From a virus, in IMG/VR virus record IMGVR_UViG_3300019487_000019, positions 35,924 to 99,923 of that record: 64,000 bases of DNA; one strand, given 5' to 3'. The number at the start of each line of letters is the position of its first letter. The stretch's first letter is position 1. Below are positions 18,073 to 26,991 of this stretch, piece after piece. A model generated the notes under the pieces. It was not told where the DNA came from and searched no databases. It saw nothing but the letters and a program-made list of their open reading frames with translations. The position numbers and the translations under genes are program-made.

Positions 18073-19338
18073 TTATGCCCACTGTGCTGGGAAGAACTGT
18101 TTCCAATTGACGTCAGAACCACTTGAACCAAAGAAAGTTGGAAAACTTACTGCTGTTGTCATTGCAACCCAAGCATGGCTCGTCGCTGGGTTAACATAAA
18201 TGTCGCCCGGTTTATGAGAGACTGCAGCACCACTAACATAAGCATTTGCGAATCCCGTTGAACCACTTGATGGAGTACCAACCAGAGCGCCAAGACCATT
18301 GACATAAGCAATTGATGCAGCATTGTTTGAAGGAGCAGCAGGATACACTTGAACATCTAGACCCGTAATAGGGTTCGCATCCATTGCAAGACTTCCCGTC
18401 ATATTCGGCGGTGTGTTGAGCGCCGTGCCTGCGAGACGAACATACGTGCTATTCAAAACTGCAGTTGAGGCCAAGCTATCAGTATACGATTTGGTTGCAG
18501 CATCTTGTGCGCCAACTGGGTTTGCCAGGTTGGTGATCCTAAAGCCGCCCATATCAAAGTTATTTGGACCAACCCATCCTTGTGTTCCACTCGACAGAAT
18601 GATACCCACCCAAGATGTGCCGTCCCAAATATTCAGTTGTTCGGAATCTGTTTCCCACCAGAAAGCACCTATTGCTGGATCCGGTGGAGGATTTGTCGAA
18701 AGTGAAACGTACGAGATTGGAAGTGGAGTCCAGTCTTGTTCGAATTCATCGTACATCAACACGTTTCGTTCTGGATAGTCCGTACCGTTGACAGGTGGCG
18801 TTGTGCTCTCCGCATGTGTGCGCTCAACCCATCCTGCTGGAACTTGCTGGAACATACTGTAATAACCATACAGTGTGTTTGCTTTGATTGCTTGACCGAA
18901 AGCGTCGGTTGCTGGTACGAAAGGACCTGCTCCTGTATACCAATATGCACCGATCGAAGCTGCTGGCGCGGTATTTGACGTAGCGGAGCCAGCACCACCG
19001 TTCACAAGAAAGTCAGTTGGAGCTGTTTGCCACACGGCTGGATTGTCTGGATCAAGACGATACCAATAAACAATCGGACCATTCGTATCACGACGATAAA
19101 ACTTTGTTCGAAGCCACAACTGACCACCAACGCCAAACGGTGGTGGCGTTGCACCATTCAGGTTTTCTGCAATGCGCAGCAAGTCTTCATCAACAGCCTC
19201 GCCCCATTCAAGGGCACCCCGACCATACAAACGAAGGTTTGATGCAGATGACGTTCCGCCAGGTCCATTAAATCCACCAGGATTGATAGTGAACCCACCT
19301 CGGAGCGGATCGCTGAAATTGATTGAGTACGAAGACAT
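18073..19338 (-). CDS. Tail fibre-like virion structural protein (421 aa)
   Basis: N-terminal LYGRG..EWGE...AENL...GQLW motif. DMGGFRITNLANP and ATKSYTD fibre-shaft modules. Preceded by TATAAATA. Confidence 0.7.
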   Translation of the reverse strand: MSSYSINFSDPLRGGFTINPGGFNGPGGTSSASNLRLYGRGALEWGEAVDEDLLRIAENLNGATPPPFGVGGQLWLRTKFYRRDTNGPIVYWYRLDPDNPAVWQTAPTDFLVNGGAGSATSNTAPAASIGAYWYTGAGPFVPATDAFGQAIKANTLYGYYSMFQQVPAGWVERTHAESTTPPVNGTDYPERNVLMYDEFEQDWTPLPISYVSLSTNPPPDPAIGAFWWETDSEQLNIWDGTSWVGIILSSGTQGWVGPNNFDMGGFRITNLANPVGAQDAATKSYTDSLASTAVLNSTYVRLAGTALNTPPNMTGSLAMDANPITGLDVQVYPAAPSNNAASIAYVNGLGALVGTPSSGSTGFANAYVSGAAVSHKPGDIYVNPATSHAWVAMTTAVSFPTFFGSSGSDVNWKQFFPAQWA

Positions 19339-19346
19339 GTAAATTT

Positions 19347-19380
19347 CCCCTCAAATAAGGCTTGTTGAGGGGTATTTATA
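19347..19380 (-). promoter_or_regulatory. T4-type late promoter TATAAATA (19373-19380) followed by an RBS-sequestering hairpin
   Basis: Minus strand TATAAATA-CCCCTCAA-loop10-TTGAGGGG-AAATTTAC-ATG. The 3' arm of the 8-bp stem is the Shine-Dalgarno sequence. Confidence 0.75.
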
Positions 19381-20059
19381 CAGATAGCTCCGCTACATAT
19401 TGCTTTATGACTGCCAGTTCATTCGGGTGCTTTTCTAGCTGTTCCACCCAGTAATCCGGTCTGATGATCGTTTCAACGATGATTTTTTGTTCAGGTGTTG
19501 CTCGATCACGCAAAACTTGCTTGAATTTACGGCTGCATAGTAGTAGCCACGGTGAAAGTTGGCGACGGCGCACTAGCTGAACGACATCATTCAAAGGAAT
19601 GTGGTCGAAAATCTCACTAACGTCGACATTTCGCTTATCAGCTAGATCGAGAAGTGTTTGTACAGATAGTTTCGCTTGATCTAACGGTTGAGATGTTCGA
19701 TCTAAATGCTCGATGTACATCGAATATACCTCATCGTTGGTCCAAATCGTTGGTTGTATATCTTTTTCGCGCATTAGCCAGATGAATTTCGCTGGAAATG
19801 GCAGGCCAACAGCCTTGACGTGCTGTGTAAAATTGATAAATGTTCGATAATACTTCGAAGCAAGGAATGACTTTGCTGGTGGTGGCATTCGTCTTTGGAC
19901 CTTCATCCATTCTTGATAGTAATTCCACGCAGCTTGCCCCTCTGGCGTTTGAAATTCTTCAAGTCGCTTCATCTCCTTGCACTTGTGCTGCAAGTATCGG
20001 TGTTCTAGGCTGAACACCTTATGACAATATTTGCACGTATACCGTGCTTCTGCGTTCAT
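19376..20059 (-). CDS. Hypothetical protein with N-terminal C2H2-like zinc finger
   Basis: YTCKYCHKVF...QHKC. Start MNAEAR at 20059 by ATGA overlap with the gp62-like gene. Confidence 0.7.
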   Translation of the reverse strand: MNAEARYTCKYCHKVFSLEHRYLQHKCKEMKRLEEFQTPEGQAAWNYYQEWMKVQRRMPPPAKSFLASKYYRTFINFTQHVKAVGLPFPAKFIWLMREKDIQPTIWTNDEVYSMYIEHLDRTSQPLDQAKLSVQTLLDLADKRNVDVSEIFDHIPLNDVVQLVRRRQLSPWLLLCSRKFKQVLRDRATPEQKIIVETIIRPDYWVEQLEKHPNELAVIKQYVAELSV

Positions 20060-20520
20060 TTGTCTGCCAATTCCTTTTTGAGCTTGGCTATTTCGTCCTT
20101 CTGCCAACCAAGCTCACCAGCATAGGCCATGATTTCATCATTTGTCAATAGCTTAGCCGCATCTACGGCGTGTCGATGCCCGTAATTGAAGTATTTTGCG
20201 ACAACTGTCGTCGCAAGAGTTCCTCGTCCTCTTGATTTGGGGGCTTTAATCCAATGATAGCGTTGTGAATTGCCAGTTGTACAAACTGTTAGCAGATAAT
20301 ACAGCAGTTCCTTGTGTTGTCCTAATGTAAAAATCACGGGATTGGCGATCGCGTTCAAGAAATACAACTGACGCTTCGACGAAGTTCCAGACAGCCATCG
20401 CATAATCACGAATGGTTGAAATTCTTTGACTTCTGTTTCGGACAGCGTTCGAAAGTAATCAGTGTCTTTGACGCTAATTCGATCGAGCAACTTAAAGAGG
20501 TCTAGTTTTCTTTCAACCAT
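20056..20520 (-). CDS. gp62: Clamp loader small subunit (T4 gp62-like)
   Basis: FQPFVIMRWLS...YYLL...WIK...VAKYFNYG...AAKLLT pattern and size typical of gp62-like subunits. Replication context. Confidence 0.7.
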   Translation of the reverse strand: MVERKLDLFKLLDRISVKDTDYFRTLSETEVKEFQPFVIMRWLSGTSSKRQLYFLNAIANPVIFTLGQHKELLYYLLTVCTTGNSQRYHWIKAPKSRGRGTLATTVVAKYFNYGHRHAVDAAKLLTNDEIMAYAGELGWQKDEIAKLKKELADK

Positions 20521-21446
20521 TTGGCGTCATGACTCAAGTTGGTGTCGTAAACACTGAACTCTTTGTGTGGTTTTCCAACATAAAATACCGTTAGGTCGCT
20601 GTGTTCGGATGCAACGGCTCGCGTTAGTATTTCTGTCCACGATTCAAACGCTTCCTGATGAAGCAGTTCAGTGCGATAGGTGATAATCAGTGTTTCTGTT
20701 CCGTCGTCGTGGCGTTTTGAGATGTCCTGAGACAGCTTAGCGCTGTTCTTTTCAACTAATGCACGCAAATGTCGGTACGTTTCTGGAATGTTGCGAAAGC
20801 GAACAGGGATGTGAGCTTCAAAATAACAGTTCTCAGGCATCTTGGTGTCGTATGATTTTGGCGACGCCGGATGCCAGGGGACCGTCTCAATCTTTACACG
20901 TACAATTTGGTAAGATTTTTCAAGTGCCTTTTTCAATCGCATGGCCTCTTCGTATGCAGATCGGTTCGTTCCGTAGTGTTTAGACGCAGTCAGAACGTCC
21001 ATTGCCACACCATCACGGAGATGATTCTCGATGAATACGGGCTTAACACCAAGCTCATAACACAAACCTGCAAACGTTTCATGATCTGATTCAGTCAGCT
21101 TCACGGTAATGTGAATCTCAAACGGAATCGGATATTTCATGTCGCGTTCGCCCGCTTGTAGCCTTGCCCACTTTTCTGCTTTGCGAGCAAACATTTGCTC
21201 AATCTCTTCGTCGGTACAATCGAGATCATATGCAACAGAGATTCCCGTCAAAACAACATCAACGGCTTCTTCAAGAATTGCTTCTCTATCAACGAAGCGA
21301 TGATTTGTAGCAAAGGCATTGTCAAAGGGAAGGACAACCTTTGCCATCTCGCCCACCTCTTCGGCGGTTTTTAACGCCTTTTGCGACAGTGTTTTCGTAT
21401 CTTGCTTAGACAGATGACGTACATAGTTCCAAAAGTGTTGGTTCAC
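20502..21446 (-). CDS. mazG: MazG-like nucleotide pyrophosphohydrolase fused to an uncharacterised C-terminal domain
   Basis: KALKTAEEVGEMAK...EEAVDVV (MazG EExxE...ExxD). C-terminal domain with two (F/Y)E(I/A)HI motifs. GTG start. Confidence 0.75.
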   Translation of the reverse strand: MNQHFWNYVRHLSKQDTKTLSQKALKTAEEVGEMAKVVLPFDNAFATNHRFVDREAILEEAVDVVLTGISVAYDLDCTDEEIEQMFARKAEKWARLQAGERDMKYPIPFEIHITVKLTESDHETFAGLCYELGVKPVFIENHLRDGVAMDVLTASKHYGTNRSAYEEAMRLKKALEKSYQIVRVKIETVPWHPASPKSYDTKMPENCYFEAHIPVRFRNIPETYRHLRALVEKNSAKLSQDISKRHDDGTETLIITYRTELLHQEAFESWTEILTRAVASEHSDLTVFYVGKPHKEFSVYDTNLSHDAKWLKEN

Positions 21447-21613
21447 AAGAGCCCCTCGATTAATCTATTCCCCTTCGAGCTATTCTCTGATTTTGTAATC
21501 AAGTAGCGGGCGTGATGAAGCGCGCGTCCCCTGTCTGCATTGGCTTGATACCACCTCCTAGCGTGTTCACGTTGTTTGAGAAGTCGTTCCTCATCGGTCA
21601 ACTTGCGCCTCAT
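21443..21613 (-). CDS. Small basic hypothetical protein (56 aa), not in ORF track
   Basis: MRRKLTDEERLLKQREHARRWYQANADRGRALHHARYLITKSENSSKGNRLIEGLL. GAGGG RBS. GTGA overlap with the mazG start. Confidence 0.6.
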   Translation of the reverse strand: MRRKLTDEERLLKQREHARRWYQANADRGRALHHARYLITKSENSSKGNRLIEGLL

Positions 21614-21631
21614 CACACACCCTCTAATTGT

Positions 21632-21865
21632 TTATTCACTGGCAGCCTCGGGTCGGACGACAGGTACTTCTCTATTCAATGCGGTTGGAATGTAAAACCA
21701 TTCACCCGCAATGTGAGGAAGAACGGCAACTTCGACACGTTCGTCTTCGTATGAAACCTGTACGCTGTAATCATGTATCATACCATGTTGCATCATCTGT
21801 TCCAACACCTCAGCGATTGAAGCATTAACCAGATTCAAGAGATCGCCTTGATATTTTTGTTCCAT
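21632..21865 (-). CDS. Hypothetical protein (77 aa)
   Basis: GAGGG RBS, fills the operon gap. Confidence 0.6.
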   Translation of the reverse strand: MEQKYQGDLLNLVNASIAEVLEQMMQHGMIHDYSVQVSYEDERVEVAVLPHIAGEWFYIPTALNREVPVVRPEAASE

Positions 21866-21866
21866 G

Positions 21867-22202
21867 TTATCCCTCAGCTACTCGAAACGTATGGTTGCAG
21901 AACTTGCACTGAACCGTGCCATCCGGCTTGAGAACAAGTTGCTCATACGGATGAACACATTCCCGAACCATTCGTTGTCGTAGAGCTTGGACTTCGTCAA
22001 TCAAAGGCATTTTATCGGCCTGAAGTTTAATGATTTTGTCTTCGATCGGTTTCAGTCTGGTAAGTAGTCCCACCATGTTATCCATCATGCGGTTCCACGA
22101 AACTTTCTCGCTTCGCGTTGCATGGTTGGAGATACTTTCAAGCGTTCGTCGAGTCGTTGCTTGATCGGTTGTTTCGCCTTCTGGCTTTTTTCTTCGTGCC
22201 AT
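21867..22202 (-). CDS. Hypothetical coiled-coil protein with C-terminal Zn-ribbon-like motif
   Basis: CVH...CKFC motif. Start MARRKK by TAATG overlap with GGAGG RBS. Confidence 0.65.
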   Translation of the reverse strand: MARRKKPEGETTDQATTRRTLESISNHATRSEKVSWNRMMDNMVGLLTRLKPIEDKIIKLQADKMPLIDEVQALRQRMVRECVHPYEQLVLKPDGTVQCKFCNHTFRVAEG

Positions 22203-22483
22203 TATATCCTCCACTCTTCGTTACCAGGGAAATAAAATCGAACTGCCTGCCAAAATAATTTTGCGGCTTCAGATGGTCGCATTCCCTCAAATTCTACTCT
22301 ACCGTCAAAATAGATCTTAATCGTTTTTTGATTTCCCTCTGCATCAGTTGGACTACAAATTGAAAAATGGTCTGGCCGAGGGGCCGCGGCGATCGTCCAC
22401 TCCGTTGTTTGTTCGTTAAAAGTCAAAATATCACCTGGGTTGCCGCTGGCTGGCAACACGTCAGCAATGACAACATCATCCAT
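22202..22483 (-). CDS. Hypothetical protein (93 aa)
   Basis: AAGGAGG RBS, operon position. Confidence 0.65.
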   Translation of the reverse strand: MDDVVIADVLPASGNPGDILTFNEQTTEWTIAAAPRPDHFSICSPTDAEGNQKTIKIYFDGRVEFEGMRPSEAAKLFWQAVRFYFPGNEEWRI

Positions 22484-22547
22484 ATCTTTCCTCCTTCAAG
22501 TACTCAGGCCCAGCCATAATAGAATTGAACCTGCATTCCCATTCCCA

Positions 22548-23477
22548 TTATAATTGCCCCAGTGAAATGAACATCGCCGCCGCGTTAATTTCCGGCTCAT
22601 CAACAAGTCCATGATCTCGAAGATGTTTGGAAATCGTGACGATTCCCTCTTCCCACTTGTTGTGGTCAGCAAATTTTGGTGAACTTTTCAAGTTGCGGTA
22701 CAAGAAGCGATAGACCTCTACCCATTCTTCACCATCAACATTTCCACAAACTAATTTTCGTGCATCAACCCACTTGTCTCGCTCGATCAAATCAAGCAAA
22801 TCAAACTTCCAGTCGCCAATTGTTCCTTCTGTGTGTGGCTCTTGTAATGAACCATCGATCGCATTTTGCTGGAGCGAATTAACAATCTTCCGAATGTCCG
22901 GATAACCAAACGCAATGTACTTGTCGAGTGTCGTCAAACTGAATTGAATGTGTTCCGCAGCAAGAATATTGATACAATATTCTGCAATGTCGTTCTTATC
23001 GACTGCTTTGAACTTAAATTCCTGACACCGAGACTTGATTGCAGGAATGATCTTATGATCATAGTTGCATGTCAGAATGAATCGAGCATGCTCAGAGTAA
23101 TCTTCCATCAATTTCCGCATAACAGCCTGACCGTTTGGTGTGATAAAGTCTGCCTCTTCCAAACAAACGATTTTGAATGGACCCAGTGCAAATGAGACAA
23201 CGAAACTGTAGATTTGATCTCGCATGTCATCAACGCTATTGTTCAGCGACGCATTGATTACGAGAACATCACTATCATCAAGACCCATTGCACCAATGAG
23301 AATTTGTGCAATCGTCGTCTTGCCTGACCCCTGGACCCCCGCTAAAAGCAAGTGAGGAACCGTTTTGTCATTGATCATACGAACAAACGAGGCACGCTGT
23401 TGGGGGTTGTGAAAAATGTAGTCGTCGATTGAGGTCGGCCGAAATTTTTCCACCCAGAGACGATGTTTATCAGACAT
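22548..23477 (-). CDS. gp44: Clamp loader AAA+ large subunit (T4 gp44 / RFC small-like)
   Basis: WVEKFRP, Walker A GVQGSGKTT, LEEAD, FILTCNY and SRC motifs. Start MSDKH with GGAG RBS. Confidence 0.95.
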   Translation of the reverse strand: MSDKHRLWVEKFRPTSIDDYIFHNPQQRASFVRMINDKTVPHLLLAGVQGSGKTTIAQILIGAMGLDDSDVLVINASLNNSVDDMRDQIYSFVVSFALGPFKIVCLEEADFITPNGQAVMRKLMEDYSEHARFILTCNYDHKIIPAIKSRCQEFKFKAVDKNDIAEYCINILAAEHIQFSLTTLDKYIAFGYPDIRKIVNSLQQNAIDGSLQEPHTEGTIGDWKFDLLDLIERDKWVDARKLVCGNVDGEEWVEVYRFLYRNLKSSPKFADHNKWEEGIVTISKHLRDHGLVDEPEINAAAMFISLGQL

Positions 23478-23500
23478 ATTATTCTCCATGCTGCCTGTCT

Positions 23501-23528
23501 ATTATACCAGGCACAACGGAGAAATCAA
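23501..23528 (-). promoter_or_regulatory. Putative sigma70 promoter upstream of the clamp loader gene
   Basis: TTGATT - 16 bp - TATAAT with extended -10 TG. Confidence 0.6.
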
Positions 23529-23529
23529 C

Positions 23530-24702
23530 CTAGTCGTCGAGGTAAATCAGAAGTCCGCGCTCTCGCAGGACATTTTCAATTGCACGTTTGTCAATGAGTT
23601 CTTGCCCCGTTAACTGAGGCTTTGTTTTTAACAACCGATAGTAGTTAATCAATTCATTGAGGGCATTCTTGCTGTTTGTTTGCCATCTGGTGGTTGCGAG
23701 GATGTGAGATAATTGTTTACTCACGCGATTCGGCACTTGTTCCGTCGGTTGTTCTGCTACGGGTTCGTCGATAAGTTCAAATTTGAGTGGCTTTGCTTCT
23801 TCAACTGGAGGTTCAATCGGTAGTTCAGCAGGAGATTCCATAAAATAATCAGGAACCGTTGACGGAGGATTGTATACTTCCTGTACTTGAGGCACAACAG
23901 GTAATTCCTGCTCAACCACTGGTTTTTCCGGGACTTTTCCGGCTTCTTTTGCTTGCATTCTCTGTAACAATAACATGTTTAGACCAAGCGTAAGAGCAAC
24001 AGCCATTGGGTCGAAGGCAAAGATGATCAATAGCGTTAGCCATTTGGTGGCCGTGTCGGTGCTTTCATTGAATGCTTTTGCAATATAGGTGATTGGACCG
24101 ATATGAGCTTCTGTCTTAATGATCTCTTGACGGAGAACCAACATTTGTTGATCAAGTTCACCAAGACGTTTCGTCACGTCTTGTTGCTCTACTCGATACT
24201 GTCGTAGCAAACTTTCACGATTACGCTGTGCTTGTTGCAGTGCTCGAAGAGCATTAGGATCAACACCCTGCTGCCGCTCGAGATTTTGAACAGTTGGTGC
24301 AGCAGCCATCAAATTGTCGATCTGTTTCTTACGTTCAACAATACGTCCACGCTCTTCTTCAAGAACTTTAATTTGTGCTTCTTTTTGCTTTAGAGGGAGA
24401 ACATCTGCCTGATAACCTGACGATAGATAGCCAAAGATACCAGCAGACGTAAGAAACATCAAAGCAAGGACACCAGCAGCCATGTAGTATTTGAGTAGGC
24501 GCATGCCAATGCTGGTCATGCTTGTCCAACTTCGATACAGGAATGACGCACCAACGAGCTTAGCCGCTTCGAGAGAAGCGCCCATGACGATCACCGACCA
24601 AAACACACCACTATAGGTGTTGGCAAGACCATAGACACTAAAAAATGCCGCAGATCCTGCAACTGCCAGTGTTGTGGCAATCATCAAGAGAATGAACAAC
24701 AT
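23530..24702 (-). CDS. Membrane-anchored coiled-coil protein of unknown function
   Basis: Three N-terminal hydrophobic helices, a long coiled coil, a fourth hydrophobic helix (WLTLLIIFAFDPMAVALTL) and a Pro/Glu-rich tail. Confidence 0.7.
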   Translation of the reverse strand: MLFILLMIATTLAVAGSAAFFSVYGLANTYSGVFWSVIVMGASLEAAKLVGASFLYRSWTSMTSIGMRLLKYYMAAGVLALMFLTSAGIFGYLSSGYQADVLPLKQKEAQIKVLEEERGRIVERKKQIDNLMAAAPTVQNLERQQGVDPNALRALQQAQRNRESLLRQYRVEQQDVTKRLGELDQQMLVLRQEIIKTEAHIGPITYIAKAFNESTDTATKWLTLLIIFAFDPMAVALTLGLNMLLLQRMQAKEAGKVPEKPVVEQELPVVPQVQEVYNPPSTVPDYFMESPAELPIEPPVEEAKPLKFELIDEPVAEQPTEQVPNRVSKQLSHILATTRWQTNSKNALNELINYYRLLKTKPQLTGQELIDKRAIENVLRERGLLIYLDD

Positions 24703-24705
24703 CCC

Positions 24706-25293
24706 TTACTCCTTTGCAACGTATGCGAGAATTTCAAGCTCGTCCAAATAACAGAACTTTTTCGATCTGTACTCGAAATAACCAAAGAAGTTATTTTCTA
24801 GAAAATAGATGGTGGCGCCTTTTGGCACTTCATATACATCTGGCCCAATATCAACGACTTGTCCGAAGGCTGTATCGTCATTTAATCTACCAACGATTTC
24901 GATTCCGCCCACTGAGCTTTTCTGCTTATCCGTACGCAAGAAAACGACACTTTTGTTCATTGCCCGAAAGTTATGGATCTTTTTGTCTTCGTAATCTGAA
25001 ACCGTGTCAACAGCAATTAGTTGGGTTTCATCTGTACGCCACAGTTGCTCACCATCGAAGTTGAAACGGATCGACCACTTCAGAGGCTTGACCAGAACTT
25101 GATCGCCAGGTTTGATGAGTTCGCAATCTGGGCCAACAGCAACTACGGTGACCCACCGGGGAGCCTTCGCACTATCGTCGCCGCTCCCCCGAATTTCTAA
25201 GCCCCAACTTGTTTTCTTCTCGAAAAATCCCTTACTGTCTACTGCTTCATTGAACTTGAATACTATATGTTTTTTTATGGGTTTGAGTTTCAT
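24706..25293 (-). CDS. groES: Tandem two-domain GroES-like co-chaperonin
   Basis: Domain 1: LKPIKKHIV...GLEI...TVVAVGP...IKPGDQVL...DETQLIA. Domain 2: FRAMNKSVV...GGIEI...GQVVDIGP...DELEILA. Confidence 0.75.
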   Translation of the reverse strand: MKLKPIKKHIVFKFNEAVDSKGFFEKKTSWGLEIRGSGDDSAKAPRWVTVVAVGPDCELIKPGDQVLVKPLKWSIRFNFDGEQLWRTDETQLIAVDTVSDYEDKKIHNFRAMNKSVVFLRTDKQKSSVGGIEIVGRLNDDTAFGQVVDIGPDVYEVPKGATIYFLENNFFGYFEYRSKKFCYLDELEILAYVAKE

Positions 25294-25541
25294 GCTGTCT
25301 CCTTAGTTTCCTCCACGGCTTCAACATCTGCTTCTGGAAGATTTGGTTCAACGTTTACACCAGCTACTTTTTGAACAGCAGCTTGTTGAGCACGTTTCAA
25401 ACGACGCTTGAACTTCTGGTCGATGAAATTTTCACGTGCACGAACTTCTGTCGTCTTTGGTGCCGATGCGAGTTGTTGTTTGATCTTGAGCTTGTCAAAA
25501 TCAACCTTTTCACCACGTGCGCTTCGAACAATGTTTGGCAT
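25290..25541 (-). CDS. Hypothetical protein (83 aa)
   Basis: AGGAG RBS and ATGA overlap with the GroES gene. Confidence 0.7.
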   Translation of the reverse strand: MPNIVRSARGEKVDFDKLKIKQQLASAPKTTEVRARENFIDQKFKRRLKRAQQAAVQKVAGVNVEPNLPEADVEAVEETKETA

Positions 25542-25551
25542 AACTCATCTC

Positions 25552-26142
25552 CTAATCGTGTAGAAAGTCGACGATATCCAACTCATACGCAAAGCTGTCA
25601 ACATCATGCACACCTATTGCGTAGAGAACATACGACGACACACTACTGCCTCGTCCAACACCCCATACGGTGTTAGTCTCTGCCAAGGTATTTATGATAT
25701 AGACAATTGTGCGGAGCACATCGAAAAGGCCACGGTTTTCGTATTCGCGAAGCTCATTCGCTAGCCGATATTCCCGTGCTAAAAGCTCATTAGAACGCTT
25801 ATCACGCATTAAAACAGTATGTCGATCAGCAATGTATGCAACAACATCCAGACTTTTGTACGGTTCTGGAACTGTTGATTCGATTAGAAGCGACTGATTT
25901 GCTATTTTGACCTTTATTTCTTCTGCTTTCGAAACCTGCTGATTGTATTGTTCAACGAGAGGAGACAATTGCTCGACGTAATCGTACTTGATAAGCGACT
26001 CAATATCGTTCGAACGAGCTGCCGAACAACCATCAGCCCACAGAGTCCGGTCTTTCAGGACCGTTTTAAGTGAAGGAACTGTTATACTTTTTGCCACCGG
26101 AGGTATCGATGTTCGGTGTTTTGGCTGGTCTGTTATCGTCAT
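25552..26142 (-). CDS. dnaE: Stand-alone fragment of DNA polymerase III alpha subunit
   Basis: WGVGRGSSVSSYVLYAIGVHDVD matches the DnaE GxGRGSxxxSLVxYxLGITxVD motif. Ends before the PDxD catalytic motif. Start uncertain. Confidence 0.85.
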   Translation of the reverse strand: MTITDQPKHRTSIPPVAKSITVPSLKTVLKDRTLWADGCSAARSNDIESLIKYDYVEQLSPLVEQYNQQVSKAEEIKVKIANQSLLIESTVPEPYKSLDVVAYIADRHTVLMRDKRSNELLAREYRLANELREYENRGLFDVLRTIVYIINTLAETNTVWGVGRGSSVSSYVLYAIGVHDVDSFAYELDIVDFLHD

Positions 26143-26467
26143 TCAAGAATGGTCTTCCTGGCGGTGGTGTTGGTGGTGTTGGAAAGTCAGCTGGGTTAAT
26201 GTTCATCGCTTCGAGTGGATTTCCTGATGGTGCTATCGGAATAGCCATCATACCAGGACCGGCGGTCATAGGTCTACCGCCCGGAATCGGAATTTCCGTA
26301 AACATTGCAGCTGTCGGTGCGACAGCGTCTTCATCCAACATGCGAATTTTCTCTCGAATTCGCTTCCATTGAACCTCATTAGGACACCAGTCAGCGTCTT
26401 GCATCTCCTCGACGCCCTCGAGCCACATCTTAAATTCTTTAACAGTGAGCTTTTTCTTGTCAGCCAT
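26066..26467 (-). CDS. Hypothetical protein with Pro-rich C-terminus
   Basis: EFKMWLEGVEEM...WCPNEVQWKRIREKI. Operon position. Confidence 0.7.
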   Translation of the reverse strand: MADKKKLTVKEFKMWLEGVEEMQDADWCPNEVQWKRIREKIRMLDEDAVAPTAAMFTEIPIPGGRPMTAGPGMMAIPIAPSGNPLEAMNINPADFPTPPTPPPGRPFLNDDNRPAKTPNIDTSGGKKYNSSFT

Positions 26468-26468
26468 T

Positions 26469-26960
26469 TCAATATCCCATTAAATCTCCAACCAATCGAT
26501 CTTTCAAGTATTTATTGTACGAATCACTGGGGGATACGTTAACCCACTCATCGGGTCCAATTGGATGACACAACATTTGATGCTTGTTTAGAGAGGGGGC
26601 AACGTGTCGAAGTTCTGGGTAATAGTTTACGACCGTGATTATTGCCGGTTCAAAACGCATTTTCTTTGGGCCATAGACAAATGAGCTGAATTGCCGTCCG
26701 GCCGTTTCCGCTAGCTCCACCACATCAAGCTGCATGGTTTCTTTGTCGTACACCAAAATGTTCCATCCCGAGGGAAGTGGAAACGTAAAGCCTTTTATTT
26801 GCACAATATGCGCAGCGCAAACGAATTCTTCAAAAACCAACAATGGCGTGAGGGTGAAGTCCAACATTGTTAGGTCAAGAACCCACATATGATCGGTCGG
26901 GGTTGGGGTGTGAACGCTATCGATTAGTACAGGTTTATTGTCAGCGTCAAAGATTAGCAT
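26469..26960 (-). CDS. Hypothetical protein adjacent to UvsW
   Basis: Start MLIFDAD with GGAAGGAG RBS; ORF track extends to 27011. Confidence 0.7.
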   Translation of the reverse strand: MLIFDADNKPVLIDSVHTPTPTDHMWVLDLTMLDFTLTPLLVFEEFVCAAHIVQIKGFTFPLPSGWNILVYDKETMQLDVVELAETAGRQFSSFVYGPKKMRFEPAIITVVNYYPELRHVAPSLNKHQMLCHPIGPDEWVNVSPSDSYNKYLKDRLVGDLMGY

Positions 26961-26991
26961 GCAGGCTCCTTCCAGCTCGACTATAGTAATA

